A DNA stretch of 59,988 nt, taken from the IMG/VR virus record IMGVR_UViG_3300025276_003682, positions 1 to 59,988 of that record; one strand, written 5' to 3'. A program made the translations under genes and the position numbers. This stretch comes from a virus. Lineage: Duplodnaviria; Caudoviricetes. Each line of letters begins with the position of its first letter. Position 1 is the first letter of the stretch. Positions 49,611 to 57,392 of this stretch are shown here, piece after piece. Below the pieces are notes generated by a model. That model made no database searches. It was not told the origin of the DNA and saw only the letters and a list, made by a program, of their open reading frames with translations.

Positions 49611-50388
49611 ACAGTTAAAAAGGGTAGAAGACTACGATAAGAATTTACCTATTGTAGAAATATATACAGCAGTGCAGTCTGAAGGTTCAAGAGCAGGGTA
49701 TCCTACAGTGGTAATTAGAACAACAGGATGTACACACAGATGCTACTTCGGTGAAGGAGGATGGTGTGATAGTTGGTATACAAGTATTCATCCGGAAAAG
49801 GGACATTTTAATTTCAAAGATATTATTAAGGCATATGAAGATAATCCTCATATTAAGGAAATGATGTTGACTGGCGGTTCACCAACAATGCATCCAGCCT
49901 TAGTAAACGAACTAACACACTTTGCACATGAAAACAATATATTCATTACTATTGAAACTGAGGGATCTCATTTTCTGCCTACCGATTATCCTATTAATTT
50001 GCTTAGCATTAGTCCTAAGTTTAGTAATAGTGTCCCCGTTGTTGGTGTTGAAACTCCTCAAGGAGCCATTACCGACGAAAGAATGGTAAAACGTCATAAT
50101 AAGTTTAGACTTAATTATGATGCAATAAAACAATCAATTACTTACCATTCTGACTACCATATTAAACCTGTATGGGACGGTAAAGATGAGGGAGCATTAT
50201 CCGAGATTATGGAATGTATTAGTATCTTAGAAGTACCTCAACATAAAGTTTGGTTTATGCCTGCTGGAGATTCTAGAGAAGCACTATTTAAATCTTACCC
50301 CGTATTATTTGATTGGGTTAGAGATAATGGTTATAGAATGACTTGGAGACCGCACATTATTGCTTTCGAAGATCAACGTGAAGTATAG
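49591..50388 (+). CDS. queE: 7-carboxy-7-deazaguanine synthase (radical SAM)
   Basis: EIY..VQSEG...G.P...IRT.GC...C.......CDS, LTGGSP, ITIETEG and SISPK. The start may be the ATG at 49600. Confidence 0.92.
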   Translation: MQFMSHKQLKRVEDYDKNLPIVEIYTAVQSEGSRAGYPTVVIRTTGCTHRCYFGEGGWCDSWYTSIHPEKGHFNFKDIIKAYEDNPHIKEMMLTGGSPTMHPALVNELTHFAHENNIFITIETEGSHFLPTDYPINLLSISPKFSNSVPVVGVETPQGAITDERMVKRHNKFRLNYDAIKQSITYHSDYHIKPVWDGKDEGALSEIMECISILEVPQHKVWFMPAGDSREALFKSYPVLFDWVRDNGYRMTWRPHIIAFEDQREV

Positions 50389-50522
50389 TGGATAAAAAAG
50401 AGGCATTAGAAATATTAGAAACTATAGCAGAAAACATTAATACATGTTGTGCAATTACTATGGAACCAGATGACGTTTTGGTACTATGTGATAAACTAAA
50501 AATATATATAGAGAATGATTAA
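50388..50522 (+). CDS. Small hypothetical protein (44 aa, GTG start; not in the ORF track)
   Basis: MDKKEALEILETIAENINTCCAITMEPDD...END*. It overlaps both neighbouring genes. Confidence 0.5.
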   Translation: MDKKEALEILETIAENINTCCAITMEPDDVLVLCDKLKIYIEND

Positions 50523-50814
50523 CTTAAAAGAATTAATAGAATCAGCAGGTCCGGATAGACTTGACCACACGGTTACTATAGAAGGAAGCCCAGTTTGGGA
50601 CTATAAAATGGGAGGTGTACATACTGTATTTCTCATATCTGAAGACCCTTGGGAGGGTGTAGAAGAAGAGTACGTAACTTTAAGAGAACTGAGAAAGTAC
50701 ATAGTAGACAGCTTCATACCTTTCGATTCAGTAAAATTTAAAACAGAAGCAGATAGAGAATTAATTAAAAGTTTCAAATGGGAAGAAAAGCAATTAGTAT
50801 TATCACATTACTAG
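50515..50814 (+). CDS. Hypothetical protein (99 aa)
   Basis: Clean ORF in the operon. Confidence 0.6.
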   Translation: MINLKELIESAGPDRLDHTVTIEGSPVWDYKMGGVHTVFLISEDPWEGVEEEYVTLRELRKYIVDSFIPFDSVKFKTEADRELIKSFKWEEKQLVLSHY

Positions 50815-51359
50815 TATTATTACCTTTTGCAGGTGTTAGTCAAGTAATAGAAGTAGAAACAAAGATATACAAGGTACTGTACGATCAAGATTTAAAACAA
50901 CCTCTTGAAGTTAGGTACACAGTACAGTGTCCTAAAGGAGATGCTGACAGAGCAGGAATGGATTTTAGAACCGTTCCTAATGTGATCACATCTAGACCAG
51001 AAGACTACTCTAACAATGTATGGGATAAAGGTCATCTTGCTCCTGCAGCAGCATTTAGTTGTACTAAGGAGATGTTAAGAGAAACGTTTCTATACTTTAA
51101 CTGTGCTCTTCAACATGAAAGTTTAAATAGAGGAGTATGGAATAGGTTAGAACAATTCGAAAGAAGTCTAGCTAACTTCTATCAAGTCGAAGTAGTAATA
51201 GAGGTAATATTTGACGACAAGGTCAGAAGAGTTCCTACAGGAGCAGCAATACCTAAAGAATTTACAAAGACTATAAAGTTTGGTGATAAGAATTTAAAAT
51301 TTAGGTTCCCAAACACCAATACATCAGGAACGAATTGGATTGACTACTTAATAGACTAA
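50778..51359 (+). CDS. DNA/RNA non-specific endonuclease (NucA/EndoG-like) with signal peptide
   Basis: N-terminal signal (RKAISIITLLVLLPFAGVSQ), WDKGHLAPAA and N.ALQ...LNRGVW..LE..ER. Confidence 0.85.
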   Translation: MGRKAISIITLLVLLPFAGVSQVIEVETKIYKVLYDQDLKQPLEVRYTVQCPKGDADRAGMDFRTVPNVITSRPEDYSNNVWDKGHLAPAAAFSCTKEMLRETFLYFNCALQHESLNRGVWNRLEQFERSLANFYQVEVVIEVIFDDKVRRVPTGAAIPKEFTKTIKFGDKNLKFRFPNTNTSGTNWIDYLID

Positions 51360-51362
51360 AAA

Positions 51363-51533
51363 ATGACAGAGAAAGAATTTATTGACTGGTTAAGAGGATA
51401 CGTAGACGGAGTACATACCTACTCAGTATCACCCAAGCAGTGGCAGTACTTAAAAGATAAAGTTAAAAGTATATCTACAGGATCTACTAGGTATACTATT
51501 GATAGTGATAAGTGGACAACTAACATAGCATAA
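51363..51533 (+). CDS. Small hypothetical protein (56 aa; not in the ORF track)
   Basis: MTEKEFIDWLRGYVDG...TNIA*, exactly filling the gap between genes. Confidence 0.6.
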   Translation: MTEKEFIDWLRGYVDGVHTYSVSPKQWQYLKDKVKSISTGSTRYTIDSDKWTTNIA

Positions 51534-51535
51534 CA

Positions 51536-51940
51536 ATGGAACCAAAGAAAATTTATATTACCTGGGATGAGGTTAACGAATTACTGGATAGAGTATATGA
51601 TCAATGTAAAGAAGATATATCATTAGTAACAGGTGTACCGAGAGGAGGTACAATATTAGCAATACTATTTTCACATAGATTTGATATACAATATACTCCT
51701 TATATGAGTAATCATTACCCCAATATGCTTATACTAGATGATATAGCAGATTCAGGAAAAACATTCAAAGACTTAGAACAAGACTTTCCTAAACCTAAAT
51801 ACGGAGCATTACATTACAAAATCACTTCGGTATTTGAACCAGACTATTACGCAAAGGAAATAGATAAAGACTTTGGATGGATAGTATACCCTTGGGAGAA
51901 AAAAGATTCAAATACTATTCAAAATTATTTGGAGAATTAA
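51536..51940 (+). CDS. Type I purine phosphoribosyltransferase (Gpt-like)
   Basis: ITW, GVPRGG, LILDDIADSGKT PRPP loop and WIVYPWE. Confidence 0.88.
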   Translation: MEPKKIYITWDEVNELLDRVYDQCKEDISLVTGVPRGGTILAILFSHRFDIQYTPYMSNHYPNMLILDDIADSGKTFKDLEQDFPKPKYGALHYKITSVFEPDYYAKEIDKDFGWIVYPWEKKDSNTIQNYLEN

Positions 51941-51970
51941 AATAAATTGCTTATATTATTATTATATTAA

Positions 51971-51998
51971 TGAGTCGTAGAACCTCAAAAAAAACAAT
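51971..51998 (+). ncRNA. preQ1-I riboswitch-like aptamer in the folE leader
   Basis: UGAG-UCGUAG-AAC-CUCA-AAAAAAA-CAAU: same architecture as 48881..48908 with a different, compensated stem. Lies between a promoter (TATATT at 51952) and the folE ATG at 52007. Confidence 0.7.
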
Positions 51999-52006
51999 TA
52001 AAATTT

Positions 52007-52720
52007 ATGCCTAAAAAGTTTATAGACGGAACAGAATTAGTAAAAGCAGGATATGCAAACGGTATATCAAGTCAATTAGCAGAGAAGCAAAAAGCAGAAG
52101 GACCTGAAGCTAGATTAACTGAACATGAGAAACAAGTAATTATAGAAAGAGCAGCAAATGCTTATGCAGATTTTCTAACTGCATTAGGATGTAACTATAA
52201 AGACGATCCTAATTCATCTGAGACCCCTCATAGAGTAGCAAAAGCATACGTTAATGATTTATGGGCAGGAAGGTATAACCCTTTAGACCGTATTACAGCA
52301 TTTCCTTCAGACGGATATGACGGTATTGTACAGGAGAGTAATATACCAGTAACGTCTATGTGTTCTCACCATCATCAAGCTATTAGAGGTACAGTAAGTA
52401 TTGCTTATATTGCTTCGGAAGATGGAAAGGTAGTTGGACTATCTAAGCTAAATAGAATAGTAGAGCAATTCGGAAGAAGAGGAGCTATTCAGGAACAACT
52501 TACTGTGGCTATACATAATGCAGTAAATAAGATATGTGAAGGTAATTTAGGAGTTGCAGTACAAGTTAATGCTACTCATGCATGTGTATCCTGTAGAGGA
52601 GTTAAACACGGTGGTGCCTCAATGCAAACAGCAAAACTAACCGGAGCATTTTTACACGAAGATTCTGCAAAAGCAGAATTTTATAAGAATATAGAATTAG
52701 CTTCAATTTGTAAACATTAA
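52007..52720 (+). CDS. folE: GTP cyclohydrolase I
   Basis: ETPHRVAK, SMCSHH, VVGLSKLNRIV, IQEQLT and HACVSCRGV. Confidence 0.95.
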   Translation: MPKKFIDGTELVKAGYANGISSQLAEKQKAEGPEARLTEHEKQVIIERAANAYADFLTALGCNYKDDPNSSETPHRVAKAYVNDLWAGRYNPLDRITAFPSDGYDGIVQESNIPVTSMCSHHHQAIRGTVSIAYIASEDGKVVGLSKLNRIVEQFGRRGAIQEQLTVAIHNAVNKICEGNLGVAVQVNATHACVSCRGVKHGGASMQTAKLTGAFLHEDSAKAEFYKNIELASICKH

Positions 52721-52725
52721 ATATT

Positions 52726-53247
52726 ATGGAAGGAAAACAATTATCATTATTCCCTATACTAGATCCTAAAACTGGAAAAGACTATGTACCTTTTGTTAGT
52801 GAAGTAGAAACATTTAACGACACATTTAATAAACCTAATAACTATGAACCTACTATACCGGCTAAGAAAGAATGGCAATTCGTATATGACTTCATACTCG
52901 AAGAACTTGAAGAATATAGAGAAGCTTGCGAAAACGGAGACATTGTGGAAGTTTTGGACGCTTTGTGCGACATTGCTTATGTTTCCCTTGGGAACGGTAC
53001 TATGTTACATGGTCTTAAGGATAAGATATGGCCAGCATATCAAGAGGTACAGGCAAGTAATATGTCAAAAGCTTGCAAAACTGAAGAAGAAGCCATACAT
53101 AGCGTCAGCAAAAGAACTCAGGAACAAGGTGAGGCCTGCCATTTTGAGAAGATTGATGAGGGACGGTATATTGTCTATAGAACACGTGACAGGAAAGTAA
53201 TGAAAAGCATTAATTACTTCAGACCAGACTTAAAGCAATTCTTCTAG
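52726..53247 (+). CDS. All-alpha NTP pyrophosphohydrolase (MazG/HisE-like)
   Basis: EELEEY, EVLDALCDIAYV, EVQASNMSK and KVMKS..YF.PDL. Confidence 0.85.
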   Translation: MEGKQLSLFPILDPKTGKDYVPFVSEVETFNDTFNKPNNYEPTIPAKKEWQFVYDFILEELEEYREACENGDIVEVLDALCDIAYVSLGNGTMLHGLKDKIWPAYQEVQASNMSKACKTEEEAIHSVSKRTQEQGEACHFEKIDEGRYIVYRTRDRKVMKSINYFRPDLKQFF

Positions 53248-53248
53248 T

Positions 53249-53434
53249 ATGATTGATTTAACTAAACATAAGATATATGTAGATAGTCATAAAATGGAAA
53301 TGGTGCCTCTATCTATAGCAATTAAAGCAGTTAAAGAAGCAAGTACTCCGGAAGTAGAAAAGTATGCAGAGGAGTTTGAAAAAGCAATGGCAGAATTACG
53401 TAACTCAATAAACGACATAAAATTAGATGATTAA
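53249..53434 (+). CDS. Hypothetical protein (61 aa)
   Basis: Tightly packed ORF in the operon. Confidence 0.6.
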   Translation: MIDLTKHKIYVDSHKMEMVPLSIAIKAVKEASTPEVEKYAEEFEKAMAELRNSINDIKLDD

Positions 53435-54227
53435 AATAGCTCATGAAAGTCCTAAAAGTATTTTTAACGATGTACAACAGTATACAGATTATGATTACGC
53501 ATTAGTACATTTATTAGAAGAAGATGAAGAGTACTTAAACCAGTTTAAAGAAGCAGTCAAAAAAGGTAGGGAAGTTATATTAGATAATTCTATTTTTGAA
53601 TTAGAAGAAGCTTTTGATGCTGATAAATTTGCTTACTGGATTAATGAGCTAAGACCAACTTGGTATATAGTACCTGATGCATTAGAAGATACTAAGAAAA
53701 CTATGAGTCAGATGGCTAGCTGGAATATGCACTATTCAAAATCAGTATACGGTAAAAAGATAGGAGTAGTTCAAGGTAAGACATACAAGCAGATAGCAGC
53801 ATGTTACGAATATATGGATAAAATTGCTAATGTAGACATGGTCGCAATATCTTTTGACTATTCGTATTATACCGATTCTATACCTCATCCTAACAAGTAT
53901 GTTAGCTGGATGCTAGGACGTATTAAGCTACTTGGAGATTTAGTAAGAGACGGTATAATAAATGAAGATAAACCTCATCACCTACTAGGTTGTGGACTAC
54001 CTCAAGAGTTTTCTTACTATTCTCAATACCCTTGGATTTACTCCTTAGATACTAGTAACCCTGTCGTGCATGGCATTAAAGGTATACCATACGGTTCAGA
54101 TGGATTATTCTCAAAAGAAAGACAAAAGCTTCATGAACTCATTAATTTTGAAGTAGAAGATACGAATTTAATTCTAAATAATATTCATAAATTTAAATGG
54201 CTTACAAATGGAAAGAGAGCAGTATAA
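53427..54227 (+). CDS. dpdA: TGT-fold transglycosylase-like protein, divergent DpdA (probably DpdA3-type)
   Basis: TGT-like motif order ILDNSIFE, IVPD, GVVQG, HHLLG, SLDTS, inside the deazaguanine cluster. Confidence 0.72.
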   Translation: MIKIAHESPKSIFNDVQQYTDYDYALVHLLEEDEEYLNQFKEAVKKGREVILDNSIFELEEAFDADKFAYWINELRPTWYIVPDALEDTKKTMSQMASWNMHYSKSVYGKKIGVVQGKTYKQIAACYEYMDKIANVDMVAISFDYSYYTDSIPHPNKYVSWMLGRIKLLGDLVRDGIINEDKPHHLLGCGLPQEFSYYSQYPWIYSLDTSNPVVHGIKGIPYGSDGLFSKERQKLHELINFEVEDTNLILNNIHKFKWLTNGKRAV

Positions 54228-54399
54228 GGTAGGAGATAAAGTAAAATTTAATTTTATTGGCCAAGTAGAAGTCGGGGTTATAGAAACAATAAGCGAAGGT
54301 TATGTGAACTTCTCTAGCTATAATACTAAATACAGCATCAGATGTGGAGCACATTTATATCCAATCTCTTATGAAGGTATAGAACAAATAGTAAAATGA
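54208..54399 (+). CDS. Hypothetical protein (63 aa, SH3/KOW-like)
   Basis: YKVGDKVKF...G.I pattern. Confidence 0.55.
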   Translation: MEREQYKVGDKVKFNFIGQVEVGVIETISEGYVNFSSYNTKYSIRCGAHLYPISYEGIEQIVK

Positions 54400-54938
54400 G
54401 AAAACCCTGGATAGCATTTTTCAGTCAGACCGGTTCCGAAATAGTAGATATAGCTAATGCAATAGGCTATTGGCCTGATGCTATAATAACTAACGAAAGG
54501 CCTTCAAACATTAGGAAGATAAATAATGACTTACTAGAACAGAACCTACTAGCAACAACAATAAATAAACCCTTAGTAGAGGATTATGAAGAAGTTATAG
54601 GGTTTTATAAGGATCCTGTAATAACACTACACGGATGGTTAAGAATTATGCCTCCTTCTATATGTGAAAAATATAGTATATTTAACGGACATCCAGGACT
54701 TATTACGGAATATCCAGAACTAAAAGGTAAGGATCCACAAATGAAAGCTTTTGAAGGTAAGTACCCGGTGATGGGATGTGTTCTTCATAAGGTAGTTGCA
54801 GGAGTTGATGAAGGAAAAGTTCTAGCAGAAGAGAGATTTAATGCTTTCAATATTACTGAAGAAGAGATGTGGAAGGTAACTAGAGATAGATCTCTATTTC
54901 TTTGGGTAAACTTTCTTAAAAAAGCAGTTGGAAAGTAG
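54396..54938 (+). CDS. dpdN: PurN-like formyltransferase, probable preQ1 formyltransferase (DpdN-like)
   Basis: FSQTGS, LHGWLRIMP, FNGHPGL...YP.LKG.DP and GC..H.V..GVDEG.V. The queF/dpdA context supports the DpdN assignment. Confidence 0.75.
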   Translation: MRKPWIAFFSQTGSEIVDIANAIGYWPDAIITNERPSNIRKINNDLLEQNLLATTINKPLVEDYEEVIGFYKDPVITLHGWLRIMPPSICEKYSIFNGHPGLITEYPELKGKDPQMKAFEGKYPVMGCVLHKVVAGVDEGKVLAEERFNAFNITEEEMWKVTRDRSLFLWVNFLKKAVGK

Positions 54939-54984
54939 TTTATAATTTCGTATATTGTATATAAATAATAAAAGGTTATATATT

Positions 54985-55110
54985 ATGAAAAAAGAGAGTA
55001 GTTCATTTCAAAGATTAATGGTATTTTTTTTAGAGCAAAATAGAAAATACGGAGGAAACTTTGGAGTTGCAGGAATGTTTAATACATTAAATAGGTTTTA
55101 TGGTAAATAG
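54985..55110 (+). CDS. Small hypothetical protein (41 aa; not in the ORF track)
   Basis: MKKESSSFQRLMVFF...FYGK*, downstream of the promoter at 54928 and overlapping the next start. Confidence 0.45.
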   Translation: MKKESSSFQRLMVFFLEQNRKYGGNFGVAGMFNTLNRFYGK

Positions 55111-55618
55111 AGTTGCACTAGTTGGAGCAAGTAGTACAGGTAAGACTACTGTTTACGAACTATTAAAAAATAAATTACCTAAATACGACTTTGTTAACGA
55201 ATCTACTAGAACAATAGGCTCTTATGGATTTCCTATCAATGAGAAAGGAACTGATGCTACTCAATTAGCTATTAGTTGTTTTCATTTAGAAGCTTTACTA
55301 CAACCTACCAATCAAGTACTCGATAGATGCTTTATGGATGTTGTAGTATATACAAGATTTATGGATAACGTATCAGAAGAGACGTGGAAATATATAGACG
55401 CTACTTGGAATAGGATTAAAAACGAGTACACCCACTACATTTATTTTCCTATAGAATTTGATTCTGTAGATGATGGAGTAAGAAGTGTCAATGAGCTTTG
55501 GAGAAGAGATATTGATGCTGAATTTAAAGATGTATTAGAAGGTGTAAGTCAACCTTATTTGACGATAACAGGTTCTCCTATGCAAAGAGTAGAGCAAATA
55601 TTAAAATTTATAAAATAA
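55100..55618 (+). CDS. P-loop nucleotide kinase-like protein (NadR/AAA_28-like)
   Basis: GASSTGKTT, LDRCFMD...Y, DDGVR and ITGS...RV. Confidence 0.8.
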   Translation: MVNRVALVGASSTGKTTVYELLKNKLPKYDFVNESTRTIGSYGFPINEKGTDATQLAISCFHLEALLQPTNQVLDRCFMDVVVYTRFMDNVSEETWKYIDATWNRIKNEYTHYIYFPIEFDSVDDGVRSVNELWRRDIDAEFKDVLEGVSQPYLTITGSPMQRVEQILKFIK

Positions 55619-55622
55619 AATT

Positions 55623-56534
55623 ATGGCAAACGTTAAGAATTATCAAGAAGTAGTTGAGATTGCTTCTAAGCATTTAGGAAAAGTTGGAGGAGACGGGTAT
55701 AAGGATACATACTCTCCTGAACTGTTAGTAAAAGTACCAAGGTACTTAAATAGAGAAGGTTACGGACTTACGTCTGATAGTTTTGTAGGGGTAGATACTT
55801 GGAACTGTTATGAAGTATCTGCAATTACTACTAAAGGACTTCCGGTAGCAGGTATGTTGAAAATAGTTTGCCCTTCAGATAGTGAATATCACGTAGAATC
55901 TAAATCTATTAAGTTATACTTGAATTCTTTTAATATGACACGGATAGGAGATAATTCTGCAGACTGTATGGCAGTTATAGAAGCAAGAGTAAAGAGGGAT
56001 TTAGATGAGTTACTAGAAACTAATACTACCGTTTCTTTTTATGCCTGTGAAAGCGAAGGAATTCCTATTTCTTTTGAAGGATATTCCGATCTCGGTGCTA
56101 TAGTAGACTTAGATCAAATAGACTTTACAGCTTTCCAGTCAGATGCAAATCAATTAGCAATAGAAGATAGAGTTGATGAGCCTGTAGAGATTAAGTTAAA
56201 ATCTAACTTACTTAGATCTAACTGTAGGGTAACTAACCAGCCAGATTGGGGAGATGTATTTATCAAAATAAAAGGAAGAGACATACCTGCAGCAGATGCA
56301 CTTGCTAAGTATATTGTTAGTCATAGGACCGTTAGTCATTTTCATGAAGAGATTTGTGAAATGGTATTTAAACATCTAATGGATGCTTATAAGCCGGATC
56401 AATTGATGGTATCTTGTTTATATACTAGAAGAGGTGGATTGGATATTAATCCTATAAGAGCAACCCACCAAAGTTTGATACCGGAATTCTTTACAAACAC
56501 AGATTTTAGAATCGCTAAAACCTTAAGACAGTAG
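55623..56534 (+). CDS. queF: NADPH-dependent preQ0 reductase, bimodular type
   Basis: WNCYEVS, VESKSIKLYLNSF, LLRSNCRVTNQPDWG, FHEEICE and YTRRGGLDINP. Confidence 0.95.
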   Translation: MANVKNYQEVVEIASKHLGKVGGDGYKDTYSPELLVKVPRYLNREGYGLTSDSFVGVDTWNCYEVSAITTKGLPVAGMLKIVCPSDSEYHVESKSIKLYLNSFNMTRIGDNSADCMAVIEARVKRDLDELLETNTTVSFYACESEGIPISFEGYSDLGAIVDLDQIDFTAFQSDANQLAIEDRVDEPVEIKLKSNLLRSNCRVTNQPDWGDVFIKIKGRDIPAADALAKYIVSHRTVSHFHEEICEMVFKHLMDAYKPDQLMVSCLYTRRGGLDINPIRATHQSLIPEFFTNTDFRIAKTLRQ

Positions 56535-56535
56535 T

Positions 56536-56802
56536 ATGGAAAATATAAAATTACAAGAGGAACTCGCTAGTTTAAGATTTGAAGGTAAGTCAGTACTAGA
56601 TGCAACATATTCACTTTTTGATTTCTTAGGACAAAAAGCAGGACCTGAATTAGGAAAAGATGTATATAAGACAGCATTAAGAGAGAAAGAACCAGTGGGT
56701 ATAAGAGAGATAAGTAATAAATCTTATACAGGTAAAGTAATGTTATATAGAAGAGAATTCTTAAAAGAGTATTTTGATGGAAAAAGAAACAGTAGAGTTT
56801 AA
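56536..56802 (+). CDS. Hypothetical protein (88 aa)
   Basis: SLFDFLG.KAG.ELG..V and Y.GKVMLY.REFL.EYF. Starts 1 nt after queF. Confidence 0.65.
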   Translation: MENIKLQEELASLRFEGKSVLDATYSLFDFLGQKAGPELGKDVYKTALREKEPVGIREISNKSYTGKVMLYRREFLKEYFDGKRNSRV

Positions 56803-57034
56803 CGAACTTATAGCAAGAAGAATACCTCCAGGGGATAAATGGGAACTAGTCATCGATAAGAAAAATGTTATCAATGGCTTAGTACCGACCTTAAATCAGT
56901 ATATGCGTAAAACTGAATTTAAAGGGCATTATAGGTTAGAACCTTTGAATAGTAAATTATTTGCTATAAAAACAAAAGAGGTAACTATAGAGGAACCGGA
57001 ACCAGAAAAGTTTGATCTTTATGGAGAATATTAG
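56774..57034 (+). CDS. Hypothetical protein (86 aa)
   Basis: Overlapping operonic ORF. Confidence 0.6.
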   Translation: MMEKETVEFNELIARRIPPGDKWELVIDKKNVINGLVPTLNQYMRKTEFKGHYRLEPLNSKLFAIKTKEVTIEEPEPEKFDLYGEY

Positions 57035-57039
57035 GAGAG

Positions 57040-57063
57040 AAGTTGCTTAATTGCAACTTTTTT
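57040..57063 (+). terminator. Hairpin plus T-tract overlapping a promoter motif
   Basis: aagttgc-ttaatt-gcaactt-tttt. Confidence 0.45.
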
Positions 57064-57095
57064 CTTATATTATATTATATTAAAACGGTTATATT

Positions 57096-57392
57096 ATGTC
57101 AAAAGCAGAAAATCATTACAAAGAATGGCCATTGGAGGAATGTCGACTTTATTTCGATAGATACCTTTCAATGATTAAAAACAAAGACGTAAAAGTTGTA
57201 CGAGAACTCTTAGCAGAAGAGTTCGGTAGGACTAGAAGTTCTATTGGGTTTAAAGAAAGAGAAGTTATCGGAGTATTAACTAACGGCGAAGAAGGGATCT
57301 ACACTTACGGTGAGAACATGATTAAAGCTACTAACGAGGCTTTAGAAAAATCCGGAATGTCAGTTACAAGATTTAAAATTTTATTTGAATAG
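57096..57392 (+). CDS. Hypothetical protein, possibly helix-turn-helix (98 aa)
   Basis: W..EE......LAEEFGRTRSSI pattern. Confidence 0.6.
   Translation: MSKAENHYKEWPLEECRLYFDRYLSMIKNKDVKVVRELLAEEFGRTRSSIGFKEREVIGVLTNGEEGIYTYGENMIKATNEALEKSGMSVTRFKILFE

Noticed and set aside
54396-54938. Ordinary purN for purine biosynthesis
   Set aside because: No other pur genes are in the window, and the position between the dpdA-like gene and queF favours base formylation. This is not formally excluded.
46381-56534. Auxiliary queuosine tRNA-modification pathway
   Set aside because: No queA or queG/queH, and no canonical zinc-binding Tgt, in the window. The divergent TGT-fold protein and formyltransferase fit DNA modification better.
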